64,000 bases of DNA from Candidatus Bathyarchaeota archaeon (lineage in GTDB: Archaea; Thermoproteota; Bathyarchaeia; Bathyarchaeales; Bathycorpusculaceae): the NCBI GenBank assembly GCA_963811105.1, contig CAWEPZ010000011.1, positions 864,001 through 928,000 on the forward strand, written 5' to 3'. Of this stretch, positions 1 to 10,864 are shown piece by piece (the stretch's first letter is position 1; the number at the start of each line of letters is the position of its first letter). The notes under the pieces were generated by a model, which was given only the letters and a program-made list of their open reading frames with translations, was not told the origin of the DNA and did not search any database. The translations under genes were made by a program, and so were the position numbers.

Positions 1-444
1 GGCGTACAAGAGATCCTTGACCCAGCCGGCGTAAACTGCATTCGCGAATTTGCAGGCAGAGGAATTCGGGTTTGGGGCGCCAGAACATTGAGCAGTGACT
101 CACTTTGGAAGTATGTTAATGTTCGCAGGTTGTTCATATTTCTTGAGAAGTCAATTGAAAACGGCACGCGATGGGTTGTTTTTGAGCCAAATAACGAGAA
201 GCTTTGGGCAAGAATGAAACAAACGATTTCCCAGTTCCTAACCACTGTTTGGAAGAGCGGCGGATTGAAGGGAACAACCCCTGAAGAGGCCTTCCTTGTA
301 AAATGTGATCACTCGACAATGACTCAAGACGACATTGATAACGGCAAATTAGTATCTATTATCGGAGTAGCTCCATTAAAACCAGCAGAGTTCGTGATAT
401 TCCGCATCGCACAATGGCAAGGAGGCTCCGCGTCAACGGAGTAG
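1..444 (+). CDS. Phage tail sheath family protein, C-terminal part (contractile injection system type); 5' end lies outside the window
   Basis: Frame is open from base 1: GVQEILDPAGVNCIREFAGRGIRVWGARTLSSDSLWKYVNVRRLFIFLEKSI..WVVFEPN..LW..GVAPLKPAEFVIFRI, the classic sheath C-terminal motifs. Confidence 0.93.
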   Translation, partial: GVQEILDPAGVNCIREFAGRGIRVWGARTLSSDSLWKYVNVRRLFIFLEKSIENGTRWVVFEPNNEKLWARMKQTISQFLTTVWKSGGLKGTTPEEAFLVKCDHSTMTQDDIDNGKLVSIIGVAPLKPAEFVIFRIAQWQGGSASTE

Positions 445-790
445 TAAAAGATGAACATGTATGTCTACAGCCTTAAGCATCTTTACCTGATTTTCTGAAG
501 TCTTTGCACCTTTTAGTTTTCTTCTTGTCGTTAAACAAAGTAAGTATCTTTTCGAATATAGCCAACTAAGTTATGCTCGATTTACAGACAGTTGCAAACT
601 CCAAAACTACTTGGGTGAAGCGCTATATTATTTACGAAAGAAGCTAACGATAATTCTGCTGAACAGTATTTCTGAGAAATGAGTTTTTTGGAACAATGTC
701 TCGTCTGCTGGTTTTCTTTGGGTCTTTGTATTCTTACGCCAAAGGTTTATTTTTTAGAATACAAGATTTTTAAGTCGAGCGATTGTAGAT

Positions 791-2023
791 TTGGCACCCG
801 ATAATATCGAAAGCGAAAAGGCGGAAGCTAAGCAACCAAGAGTTGAATTTAATTTTCCAATGTTAATTGTTAGGACAAAAAGGTTTGCAGCCGTTTTTGA
901 CAAGTTAGGTTCTCTTCGTATCTCACGGTACTTTTCTTGGTTGGGAATTTTTCTGGTGCCATTTATTGCAGGAATTGCGCTCTACCTCTTAATCAATAGC
1001 TTAATCGGTTTGCTATCTAATCCGGGGGTTGGTCAAGTAATTCGGGAATTGGGGCCAGGATCAGTTCTGTTGTTACCTGGAATCAACCCTTTGCTTCCGA
1101 TAGTTTATGGGTGGGTTGCAATAGTTTGCGCTATTGTGATTCATGAAGGAGCGCATGGAGTTATTGCCCGAAATGTTGGATTGAGGGTTAAGTCAAGCGG
1201 TTTACTGTTCTTCTTGTTTGTTCCCATTGGCGCTTTTGTGGATGTGGATGAAGAGCAAATAAAGAAAGCAAAACCCCGCGCTGCTCTAAAAGTTATGGCT
1301 GGTGGAGTTGGTGCAAATGTCCTTGTAGCAGCCGTATGCCTCTTAGGTCTCTTGTTGCTTGTTGGTAGCTTAACCCCCGTCATCGATGGCGTATACATCA
1401 ATGATGTAACAAATGGAATGCCAGCTCAAACTGCAGGGCTACTGCCAAAAGATGTCTTTGTTTCAATCGACAATGCAACAATTTACAACACCACCGATTT
1501 AAGAACGATATTGGATACAAAGATGGCTGGAAACACAATTCAGGTTACTGTGGCAAGGGGTGAGAACTGGCAGCACAGATTTTCCACGACGGTTAACCTA
1601 ACTGTATCTGAAAACCGCACGGTCATGGGAATATTAACCTATGACTTATTTACTGAGCAACGATTAGAGAATTATCAAACCTTCTCTTTAAATCGGCTCT
1701 CTATGTACTTGGTACCCCCAACATTAGCTTCTGGTCTAACACCATTTTCTGATTTCTTAGCACCGTTCTATTCAAATCCGATACCTCTATGGCAAGTACT
1801 TGCTAACGGTCTTTTTTGGATATGGTTTGTCAACTTCAACCTCGCAATCTTCAATTCTTTACCAATATACCCCTTGGACGGAGGCAGAATCTTTAATATC
1901 ACTTTGAAAAGAGCTATGGGTAAACGGATAAGTGAAAAAGCTATCTATTCCATAACTATTGGGGCAACGGTTGCCTGCGTAACTATTGTCTTGTTAATTA
2001 CTTTGTTGCCCTTCATAATGTAG
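791..2023 (+). CDS. Site-2 protease family (M50) intramembrane zinc metalloprotease with PDZ domain
   Basis: HEGAH zinc motif, NSLPIYPLDGG motif, PDZ-like segment (PAQTAGLLPKDVFVSID), multiple TM helices. Confidence 0.93.
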   Translation: MAPDNIESEKAEAKQPRVEFNFPMLIVRTKRFAAVFDKLGSLRISRYFSWLGIFLVPFIAGIALYLLINSLIGLLSNPGVGQVIRELGPGSVLLLPGINPLLPIVYGWVAIVCAIVIHEGAHGVIARNVGLRVKSSGLLFFLFVPIGAFVDVDEEQIKKAKPRAALKVMAGGVGANVLVAAVCLLGLLLLVGSLTPVIDGVYINDVTNGMPAQTAGLLPKDVFVSIDNATIYNTTDLRTILDTKMAGNTIQVTVARGENWQHRFSTTVNLTVSENRTVMGILTYDLFTEQRLENYQTFSLNRLSMYLVPPTLASGLTPFSDFLAPFYSNPIPLWQVLANGLFWIWFVNFNLAIFNSLPIYPLDGGRIFNITLKRAMGKRISEKAIYSITIGATVACVTIVLLITLLPFIM

Positions 2024-2190
2024 CAGCCTATAGCTTACATAGCGAGTCAAGTCAACATATCAAGGATCAAACAGCAAACAACAGTCTATCAACAAGAGTT
2101 CGTGTTTTTTTTTCTTGTCATAGATGCGTCTGCTTATGTATACATTTTTTTGTGAGTTTTGAGTGATGTTTGGTTTTTGGAGGTGGAATC

Positions 2191-2784
2191 TCATTTTACG
2201 GAAACAAACCTGTTATCTCTAATGTAGAATCGCCAGGGCTTATTTTTCCACTCGCCAGAATAATCTACGCCTACTCGAGTTGTTTCCACTATATCGTCTT
2301 GAGGAACCAGTGATGCATCCTCAATATACAGCGGCGGAGTAGCAAGGTCAGTCTTGTTTTGAGCCTTTGATATACCTATTGCCATGCATAGCTTGCTTGG
2401 ACCATTCGTCAAGTTAGCAACCTTTGCTTGCTGGCCCCTACGTTTTACCATAATTTCCTTACCGGCTACCGGTTCCAGGGCTCTAATAAGAACCGCCTCC
2501 GGTTTTCCCGGCACATTGCCAGCGGTTACGTTAAAGCAGTAATATAGCCCGTAAATAAAATAAACGTAAGCATGCCCTTTTTTTCCAAACATAACTTCGT
2601 TCCTAGTTGTCCGATGACCCTCAAAACTGTGTGCTGCTCCATCTTCAGGTCCTCGATATGCTTCTGTTTCAACTATTCGGCCAGTCGTCGTACCTTCTCT
2701 TGATTCATGAACTAAAATTTTTCCCAAAAGTTCTCTTGCAACAGTTATTGTGTCCAATTGATAGAACGTTTCTTGCAGAATCAT
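2191..2784 (-). CDS. mpg: DNA-3-methyladenine glycosylase (MPG/AAG family)
   Basis: VARELLGK, IVETEAY, AYVYFIYGLYYCFNV, AVLIRALEP, GPSKLC, RVGV, PWRFY; ATG at 2784 preferred. Confidence 0.95.
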   Translation of the reverse strand: MILQETFYQLDTITVARELLGKILVHESREGTTTGRIVETEAYRGPEDGAAHSFEGHRTTRNEVMFGKKGHAYVYFIYGLYYCFNVTAGNVPGKPEAVLIRALEPVAGKEIMVKRRGQQAKVANLTNGPSKLCMAIGISKAQNKTDLATPPLYIEDASLVPQDDIVETTRVGVDYSGEWKNKPWRFYIRDNRFVSVK

Positions 2785-2865
2785 GGTTGTGAGAGTAGCG
2801 TTACCGAACAAATAAGCTTGCCTAGATTTATTATAGCAGATTTGAAGATAGAATTGTGATAGTCA

Positions 2866-3216
2866 ATGAGCGATGATGAGTTAGATGGATTAAAGCGGAA
2901 AAGATGCCTTGAGTTGCAGAGAAGAATGGTTTCTCGCCAAGAAAAGCAAAAGTCAGTTGATGTTCATAGGGTTCTTGACAGTGTTTTTAGGAAGAGTTTG
3001 AGAAGATTTTGACGAGGCGAATTCTCAATATCCGAGTGAAATGGCTACGTTAGATCATACGATTGTGACTCTTGATTCAGAGGCAAGTTGACAGAAATGG
3101 ATGGTGAACGTTTTGTATGCGCTCTTAAGAAACGTTGGCTTGGATGTTAGGTTAAGTACTGAAATCAAAGTTGCCATTCATGGGAAACGCAATCGCTCTC
3201 CGAGAAATTTAGGTAA
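2866..3216 (+). pseudogene. Degraded archaeal PDCD5-related double-stranded DNA-binding protein
   Basis: MSDDELDGLKRKRCLELQRRM... then, across several frameshifts, ANSQYP...LYALLRNVGLDVRLSTEIKV..HGK..SLSEKFR*. Confidence 0.6.
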
Positions 3217-3338
3217 TCGAAAACATAAGAAGTCAAAAAACGACTTCCAGCCACCTGGACAGGTGAAGTCTACAAAGTGATGGAAGTTAGAAAAAGTTAA
3301 TTTTCAGCGAGGTAATAGTTTGATTAGAGGCAAAGAAG

Positions 3339-3866
3339 ATGAGAAACCGTCTTTTGTTTTTGATCGCTTTAACCGCCGTTTTAGTTTGTTTATCATTTTA
3401 TTCAGAGCGGGTATTTGGGCAATCATTTCCATTTTTGGAAGGCAAAATCAGTGGCACAGTAATTGATGCTTCAACTGGGCAGCCTATAGATAACTCAATG
3501 GTGACCGTTGGGATAGGTTCGTCTGTAAACCAAACTGTAGCTACAAACAGCACGGGTCAATACTACATAGGGGGTCTCGAAGGTAACCTGACAGGCATAA
3601 CTTACAATGTGACAGCCTCGAAAACTGGCTACTTAACTTCAAGTAAAAATGTAACCTTAACAACTGTAATAGATTTCTTACCCCCAGCGACCCAAAATTT
3701 TACCCTAACCCAAATTCCAAATGTGACTCCAACGCCTACGCTTCCAGAGCTCCCAAGAGAAACCTTGTTTTTGGCAGTTGCAGTCTTAACGATTTTGTTT
3801 GGCGTGTTTGTGAGAAGGGAGAAGAAGGTTAGGCTTTTGAAATTAGCAAAGCGGTTCGAGGTCTGA
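3339..3866 (+). CDS. Secreted carboxypeptidase-regulatory-like (Ig-fold) surface protein with PEF-CTERM-like anchor
   Basis: Signal peptide; GKISGTVIDASTGQPI..TNSTGQY..YNVTASKTGY; C-terminal PTPTLPELP followed by a TM helix and basic tail. Confidence 0.75.
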   Translation: MRNRLLFLIALTAVLVCLSFYSERVFGQSFPFLEGKISGTVIDASTGQPIDNSMVTVGIGSSVNQTVATNSTGQYYIGGLEGNLTGITYNVTASKTGYLTSSKNVTLTTVIDFLPPATQNFTLTQIPNVTPTPTLPELPRETLFLAVAVLTILFGVFVRREKKVRLLKLAKRFEV

Positions 3867-4107
3867 GGATTAGTTCATATATGCCATTATGATGTTATCG
3901 ATTGGTCAGACTATTCATCAGTGCTTAGTGGATTGGAGGCTCCTTTGTTTTTCTCTTAAGAAAATGCTTTAGAGGTTTATAGGAAAATTATAAAAGCCTA
4001 GCTATACTCCGAATAGTAATGACAAATCTTTTGGTCGCGATTTGTGGAAAACGCAAAGACAAACTATCTAAAAATAGAGGTTTTCTTAGCAGTTTGAGTT
4101 TAGAGGA

Positions 4108-6096
4108 ATGCTTAGTTTGAATTTTGTTCTGCTGGTAGGACCTATAGTTGGTTTGGTTGCGATTGCATATGCAGTTCACTTAGTTTTGCATGATTTACTT
4201 GGCAAAAGCAAGGGTCCTCCAGAGATGGTGGAAATTCATGATGCCATAAAAGTAGGCGCCCACACTTATTTGGCTCTTCAGTTTTTTGTAGCTGCTCTGT
4301 TTGTTGGCGGGATTACTGCGGTTTTGAGTTATGTTTTAGGAGTTTCTATTGCTTTGTCTTTCACTTTGGGTGCTGTTCTGTCGGGTGTATCTGCCTATAT
4401 TGGGATGAGAGTTTCCATTTATATGAACGTTAGAACTGCAAACGCAGCAAGCCACAGTTTCAATGAATCTTTGGATATAGCGATTAATAGTGGAACAGTG
4501 GTGGGGCTTTCGTTGACTGGCTTAGGTTTGATGGGCGTTGGGTTATTATATTTTATTGTGGATAACCCGTTGCTGCTTTTGGGAATGGGTTTTGGTGCTT
4601 CCCTGGTGGGGCTTTTTGCAAGGGTCGGTGGCGGAATCTACACTAAAGCCGCTGATATAGGGGCTGATCTAGTCGGCAAGGTCGAAGAAAGTATCCCTGA
4701 GGATGATGCGCGGAACGCGGCTGTAATAGCAGATCAAGTAGGTGATAATGTTGGTGACATAGCAGGGACTGGATCGGATGTTTTTCAATCTTATGTAATG
4801 GCTCTGGTTGCTGCGATGATTTTAGGGTTAGCGGTTCATGGCATAGGTGGTTTGCTTTTTCCTTTGTTTGTGGCCGCTTCGGGAATTGCGGCTTCACTAA
4901 TAGCTTCGCGCTTCATTTCCGCGAAAAATAGAGATGCTCAAAGTGCCATCTACAAGGGAATGTACATAGCTGTGGGGCTGGTTTGTTTATTTGTTTTGCC
5001 GTTTGCCTGGTTTATTTTTGGTGGAATAAGAGAGTATCTTGCCACAATATTGGGGGCTTTTACAATTGTGTTTTTGGCTTGGTTGACTCTTTATTATACT
5101 TCGATGAGTAGAAAACCGATTAAGGATATAGTAAGAGCGTCCAGCGCAGGGCCAGCCATGAATATTATCTTTGGCTTTGCAAGAGGTTATGAAAGTGCTG
5201 TTCCTTCTGTGTTAGTCTTTGCTGCATCAGTGTTACTTTCGTTTGTTATCAGTGGGATATATGGGATATCTATTGTGGCTGTTGGCTTTTTGTCTGTAAA
5301 CGCAACTCTTGTTGCTATGTCCTCTTACGGACCTATCGTTGATAATGCCAAAGGAATAATGGAGCTCTCAGGAGTCCATCAAGGCAACGCTTTGATGATC
5401 ATGGATGAATTGGATTCAGTTGGCAATACGACGAAAGCTGTCTGCAAAGTTTATGCACTTGGAACGTCCTCATTTGCTCAAGTAGCAATTTTTACAGTTT
5501 TTCTGCAAGCAACTAATCTTAAAGTCATCAACGTAGCAAGTCCGCCTGTTGTCGCAGGTTTGCTCATGGGGGGCGTCTTATCTTTTCTTTTTGTCTCCCA
5601 AATTCTCAAGGCGGTAGGCAATTCGGCTTTCAGGATGGTTGCAGAAGTGAGGAGGCAATTTGCTGAAATTCCAGGGCTAAAGGAAGGAACTGCAAAAGCG
5701 GATTATAAGAAATGTGTGAGAATAAGCACTCGAGGTGCGCTCAAAGGCATGTTTTTGCCTGCAATCATAGCCATAGTTTTTCCTTTAGCAGTAGGATATA
5801 GCATTGGTGTTGAAGCTTTAGGTGGTTTGCTTGCGGGTAATCTTGTGAGCACTATTTTGCTTGGTTTTATGATGATCCTCACGGGGGCATCTTGGGATAA
5901 CGCTAAAAAATATGTTGAAACAGGAAAACTAGGTCATGTTGATACAAAGACGTATGAAGCTACGGTGGTTGGTGATACAGTTGGAGATCCTTTTAAAGAC
6001 GCTGCTGGGCCTTCGCTTGATTTCTTGATGAATCTTATTGGTTCTATGGCGATCTTATTTGCAGCTTCGTTTCTAGCGTATGCTCTATTCGCATAA
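4108..6096 (+). CDS. hppA: Membrane-bound ion-translocating pyrophosphatase, K+-independent signature, divergent
   Basis: GGGIYTKAADIGADLVGKVE, VGDNVGD, GNTTKA, WDNAKK, GDTVGDPFKD motifs; many TM segments. Confidence 0.93.
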   Translation: MLSLNFVLLVGPIVGLVAIAYAVHLVLHDLLGKSKGPPEMVEIHDAIKVGAHTYLALQFFVAALFVGGITAVLSYVLGVSIALSFTLGAVLSGVSAYIGMRVSIYMNVRTANAASHSFNESLDIAINSGTVVGLSLTGLGLMGVGLLYFIVDNPLLLLGMGFGASLVGLFARVGGGIYTKAADIGADLVGKVEESIPEDDARNAAVIADQVGDNVGDIAGTGSDVFQSYVMALVAAMILGLAVHGIGGLLFPLFVAASGIAASLIASRFISAKNRDAQSAIYKGMYIAVGLVCLFVLPFAWFIFGGIREYLATILGAFTIVFLAWLTLYYTSMSRKPIKDIVRASSAGPAMNIIFGFARGYESAVPSVLVFAASVLLSFVISGIYGISIVAVGFLSVNATLVAMSSYGPIVDNAKGIMELSGVHQGNALMIMDELDSVGNTTKAVCKVYALGTSSFAQVAIFTVFLQATNLKVINVASPPVVAGLLMGGVLSFLFVSQILKAVGNSAFRMVAEVRRQFAEIPGLKEGTAKADYKKCVRISTRGALKGMFLPAIIAIVFPLAVGYSIGVEALGGLLAGNLVSTILLGFMMILTGASWDNAKKYVETGKLGHVDTKTYEATVVGDTVGDPFKDAAGPSLDFLMNLIGSMAILFAASFLAYALFA

Positions 6097-6129
6097 ACTT
6101 TTTAGACCAGTGCTTTTTGAGGTAAAGTG

Positions 6130-6372
6130 TTAGACTTTCTTATTGGCGTTCTGATGTTCAGTTTCCAAGTGAATGATTAATTCTTCTTTAGTATTGAAAA
6201 CTTTACCACATATTTGGCAAGTAGACTTGTTTGACGTTGGATTGTCCATTGGAGGAAGCGAGGAGGGCTGCTGATCAGGGGATTCAAGAGAGCCATCTGG
6301 TGGCGTTGGTGTAGTCAAATCGTCAAACGGGTCATTTGGCTTTTTTTCATTTGGAAAATCAGACTCAATCAA
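6130..6372 (-). CDS. Small C2H2 zinc-finger protein
   Basis: CQICGKVFNTKEELIIHLETEH after a Pro/Asp-rich N-terminus; AGGTGA SD upstream. Confidence 0.75.
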   Translation of the reverse strand: MIESDFPNEKKPNDPFDDLTTPTPPDGSLESPDQQPSSLPPMDNPTSNKSTCQICGKVFNTKEELIIHLETEHQNANKKV

Positions 6373-6710
6373 AATATCACCTACAGTGCAAAGGGATTAT
6401 TCTTCTTAAGCATTTGTGTCTATCTAAATATATAACACAGTTCTTTGTAGCCCTCGCACCAAGCAATTCAAAAAATAAAAGATAGTTACACTTTTGTTGT
6501 GCAGTGAGAAAAATAAGCTGATCATTTGCAGTCTTTTTGTAACCTCCATCTTTTTTTGGATTCCAAGTCACTAAATATACTCAGACAATCGAAGTGTAGC
6601 CAAGTTTTTTCAAAATGAGAAGAAAATTGTCTTTTTTTTCTCTTGCTATACCAAGAATGCGAAGTGTTTATCGATAAGAGATTATTTCTATTTAGGTAGG
6701 TTTTGAGAAC

Positions 6711-7461
6711 ATGAAATTGTCTGGAAAAGTTTCTTTAGTTACCGGTGCAAACTCGGGAATTGGCAGGGCGGTTGCGCTTTATTTGGCTGAAGAAGGAGCG
6801 GATGTTGTCGTCAATTATGTTGTGGATCCTTCCTGAAGCTGAAGCTGTTGTCAAAGAGATTCAAGATATGGGCAGACGTGCGTTAGCGGTGAAAGCTGAC
6901 GTTTCAAGTAGCGCAGAGGTAAAAGCCATGTTTGAGCGGGCCATCAATGAATTCTCCACATTAGATATACTTGTGAACAACGCTGGAATCGGAAACTTCG
7001 CGTCGGCGGTTGACATGAAAGATGACGTTTGGAACAAGATGCTTGGAGTGCATCTCTATGGCACCATGAACTGTACCCGCGAAGCCCTAAAAATAATGCT
7101 AAAAAACAAGTCGGGCAAAATTATAAACATAGCATCGATTTGCGGCATAACCGGCTGTTTGGGCGCCGCCCACTATTCAGCTGCAAAAGGCGGAATAATG
7201 GGGTACACTCACGCCGTGGCAAGAGAAGTAATTTCCCAAGGCATAAACGTCAATGCAATAGCTCCCGGATACATCGAAACACCCATGTTATCAGGCGCTG
7301 GAATGACCGATGAAATGCTAAAACAACTTCTAAACCAAATTCCCATCGGCAGATTAGGCAAGCCACGAGAGATAGCCTCTTTGGTAGCTTACTTAGCTTC
7401 TGACGACGCAAACTTTATGGTAGGTCAAGTTATAAGCCCGAACGGCGGCCAAGTAATATAG
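6711..7461 (+). pseudogene. SDR family oxidoreductase (FabG-like), single frameshift near 6830
   Basis: ATG 6711 gives [22 protein letters not shown] (TGxxxGIG) ending at DPS*; the next frame continues with NNAG, YSAAK, NAIAPG. Confidence 0.85.
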
Positions 7462-7517
7462 TTAGCAATATAAGCCATCACTAATCAAGCCATCCTTTTT
7501 CTTTGAAATACAACAAC

Positions 7518-8350
7518 TCAACCACGCCGATGGCAAACATAAATCCTATAACGATTACAAATCCCTGCGGATCTTGTGTTGACAGGTAACCCTCCTACAT
7601 TCATACCCAACAAACTCGCTCTAAGGCTAAAAGGCAATGTAATGGCCGAGACAATAGTTAGTATTCGCAGCCGTTTTTCAACCTGAGAGCCACCTACTGT
7701 CTGATAAGAATCGTATAATGCATTCACGCTGGTTTCTAAGCGATGGATACCGCCTTGCACAATCTCGAGTTCTGAGACCAAACCTAAAACATACGCCTTG
7801 CGATGAGGTTCTTGCAGCGCATTATTGTCAGAGGAATTAAGACCGATGACGCAATAGAGCTGGTTTTCTATTAAGAAAACCAGCTTGTCAACCTGCCAGC
7901 GCGAATTCGTCAGATCTGTGATGTTGAAATTGTTCGGATTATCGACTAGGGCTTTAATAACTTTCAACGTTTTGTCACGGATTTCTGTTTCTGCTTGGAT
8001 GCTCAGCTCCGTGAGTTCATCGATCACTAAATAAACAATCTGAATCAGATGACTCAAACTGGGCATTTTCTCTGCCGCCAAAGCATTTATGAATTATTCT
8101 ATGGCAGGAATTGGGCCGCGTCTAATAGCTACTAAAACTGGGCTATGAAGTACTATTGTGAGACGAGAAGGATCTGATGTACTCTGATTAAGGGCTGTGG
8201 GAAACTCTAGCAGAACAGCTCGATCATAAGATAGTACTCCTGGCATTTTAACTGAGTAATGGCCCAGCGATTTATCATTACAGGATGAAGATCTAAAGGT
8301 GAAAGAAAACTGCGGAGTTCTTCAGGTGTTGCTTCTTCGACCACATTTTT
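7518..8350 (-). pseudogene. CorA-family Mg2+/Co2+ transporter, fragmented
   Basis: EEATPEEL..LDLHPV; LRILTIVSAITLP...LLGMNV (GMN motif); several frameshifts and truncated ends. Confidence 0.8.
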
Positions 8351-8385
8351 GAAAATACTCCGAATTTTTCTGGGGAGCGCTTTCT

Positions 8386-8898
8386 TTATGGGACAAATTG
8401 ACAGATGGTTTGCTTTAGTGTGATAAGCACTTGTTCTATTTTCTCAATTTCAGTAATAGCCTGTTTATATTGGGTTATTTCAGTTGGGATGTTCACTACA
8501 AAAGTATGACTTGCTTCGCGCCATGGGAACTGAAGAACGCCTCTTGTCTTCTTGACTCCACACTTCAATCCGATGCTTAGATTGTCATTGTCCAATTTGA
8601 GTATAGGTTTATGTACGCTAAACCACCATCCGGGGCTGCTACCGACACTCTCAGGTCCATACAAAAAGGAATCACTTGGCCAAATTGATGTCACTATGTT
8701 TTCAGGGTTCTGCAGCATCGCTTTTATGTTGGATACTTGTTGTAGCAGCTGTGTGGCACAGTTGCAGAGCTTTTCCGGGGTAAGATCAGTTACAGAGACT
8801 ATGGGGCAAGGGTTTTCAAATCCTGTGTTTCCAGGTAAAGGAACAGGTTTTAGATCTTTTTTTCCGAGTTTCTTTGAAGTTCCGCTCATTGTAACCAC
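8386..8898 (-). CDS. Hypothetical protein
   Basis: 170-aa ORF with protein-like composition; no motif recognised. Confidence 0.55.
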   Translation of the reverse strand: MVTMSGTSKKLGKKDLKPVPLPGNTGFENPCPIVSVTDLTPEKLCNCATQLLQQVSNIKAMLQNPENIVTSIWPSDSFLYGPESVGSSPGWWFSVHKPILKLDNDNLSIGLKCGVKKTRGVLQFPWREASHTFVVNIPTEITQYKQAITEIEKIEQVLITLKQTICQFVP

Positions 8899-9237
8899 TT
8901 CTGGATTCTATTCGCTTTATTCAAGTTACAGAAATAGGGATAGAAGCAAACAAAAAATTTTGCTGTTGCATCAAAGCTACTACATTCCTGAAAGCCTCAA
9001 GAAATGTTACTTTCAGCATAATCGATTTTGACAATACCTAAAACATACCTATATTCAAAATGAGTAAAGTGGCATAAACTATCCATCGTTTTCATAGTAT
9101 TCAATCGATATATAAATTCTTGCAGAAGACACTTGTTAAGTCTTTGAAATAATGTCCAAGGCTCTTATCTATAATAGTGCCGGCGGTACTCTTTGTTGAA
9201 GAGAATGAAATGGTAGTTGGAAAAGGGAGAAGCTAAA

Positions 9238-10270
9238 ATGAAAGTTGCAATATTGAGCGGTGGGGGAGATGCACCTGGGATTAACGCCGTCTTGAGAGCT
9301 ATCGTTAGAAAGGCAATTCAAGATTACGGATATGAAACGGTAGGCATCAAAGATGGTTGGAAAGGATTAGTTGAAGGTGAATTCGTACCGTTAGATTTGA
9401 GGGTCTCTTGTAGGTTTGCTCGCTAAGGGAGGTTCCATACTAGGTACGTCGAGGACTAATCCATTCAAGAGCAAAGATGGAGCGGAGTGCATACTGAGAA
9501 ACGTTTCGGAACACGGTATAGGAGCGGTCATCGCAATAGGCGGAGAGGATACGCTTGGCGTAGCTTGCAAATTATACGAAATGGGGCTTCCCGTGGTCGG
9601 AGTCCCCAAAACGATTGATAACGACCTGGTTGGCACTGACTACACCTTTGGTTACCAAACGGCAGTTGCAATTGCTTGTGAAGCACTTGACAGGCTTCAT
9701 ACAACGGCAGAATCGCATCATAGGGTATTAATCCTTGAAGTTATGGGGAGATACACAGGTTGGATCGCCTTGGAGGCTGGGATTGCCGGGGGGGCAGATA
9801 TGATCCTGATTCCTGAGAAACCTTTTGATGTCGAAGAAGTCTGCGAATGCATCAGGAAGAGGCAAAACCGCGGTCGAAATTTCAGCATAATCGTCGCCGC
9901 GGAGGGTGCCAAACCAAAAGGAGGCGAAGAGATCGTTTATAGCAGTGGTGTAGATGAGTTTGGCCACGCAAGATTTGGTGGGGTTGGCTATTATATAGGA
10001 AAAGAAATTGAGAAGAGATTTGAAAACATTGAAACTAGGGCAGTGGTTCTGGGGCATCTTCAAAGAGGCGGCTCACCGAACTCATATGATAGAGTTTTAG
10101 CTACTCGATTTGGAATCGCAGCTATTGAATTAATACATGAAGATAAATTCGGCCAGATGGTTGCCATCCAAGGAAACACCATGGTCTCCGTGCCTTTGAA
10201 GGACGTTATCGGCAAGCGAAAAACAGTTGATTCACAGCTCTACGAAATAGCAGCAACCTTCTTCGGCTAG
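9238..10270 (+). pseudogene. pfkA: Phosphofructokinase (PfkA family, PPi-type GGED signature), single frameshift near 9410
   Basis: MKVAILSGGGDAPGINA in one frame; GGSILGTSR, GGEDT, PKTIDND, EVMGR, LGHLQRGG in the next. Confidence 0.9.
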
Positions 10271-10499
10271 GCGATTCATGCCGCGTAGGCTAAGTGACCG
10301 CTATACTTTACCGAAGGTAAACGTCCCAATTGGGAAAAGAAGCCGCAAAAGACCCTGAAATCAAAATGCTCAAAGGCTTCTGTGATCAAATCAAGCAACT
10401 TACAGTAGCTGGAAAAGTCAGTGTGCTCGATTGAAACATCAGTAAAAAAGCTATAATAATGTATAAAATACCCCTTATTTGGTGAATTAACTGTGGAAA

Positions 10500-10689
10500 A
10501 AATGTCTTAACTGTACAAGTTTGCGTGCAATAGCCAAAATTTCAACTCTATCTCTAATCAAGAAATGTAAACTTCGCACACCTTTCAGGTCATCAGCAAA
10601 TCTGTAGACTTCAACAAGTACCCTTTTTATCGAGTCAGGATGCATTTGAAAACCGCCACACACCATTCACTTGATGTCGCCATTAACAT
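10500..10689 (-). pseudogene. Fragment of an archaeal hypothetical protein
   Basis: MLMATSSEWCVAVFKC, frameshift, then PDSIKRVLVEVYRFADDLKGVRSLHFLIRDRVE, after which it degrades. Confidence 0.35.
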
Positions 10690-10864
10690 TGACGATTAAG
10701 CAGTATTTATTTGCGCGCAAATAAACAAATGCTTCAATCTGAAAATCTAGTTTCCTACCTGAAAAACGGCCAAACATGTAACAAAGAACTGTCGTTCGAA
10801 ATCGCAATTAGACCGAGAAGTTCCAGATAAAATGTCTTAGCGCGTTCGCGTATCTTAAAGAAGT

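Noticed and set aside
8552-9031. 159-aa + strand ORF
   Set aside because: Antisense to 8386-8898, with Ser/Phe/Cys-rich shadow composition.
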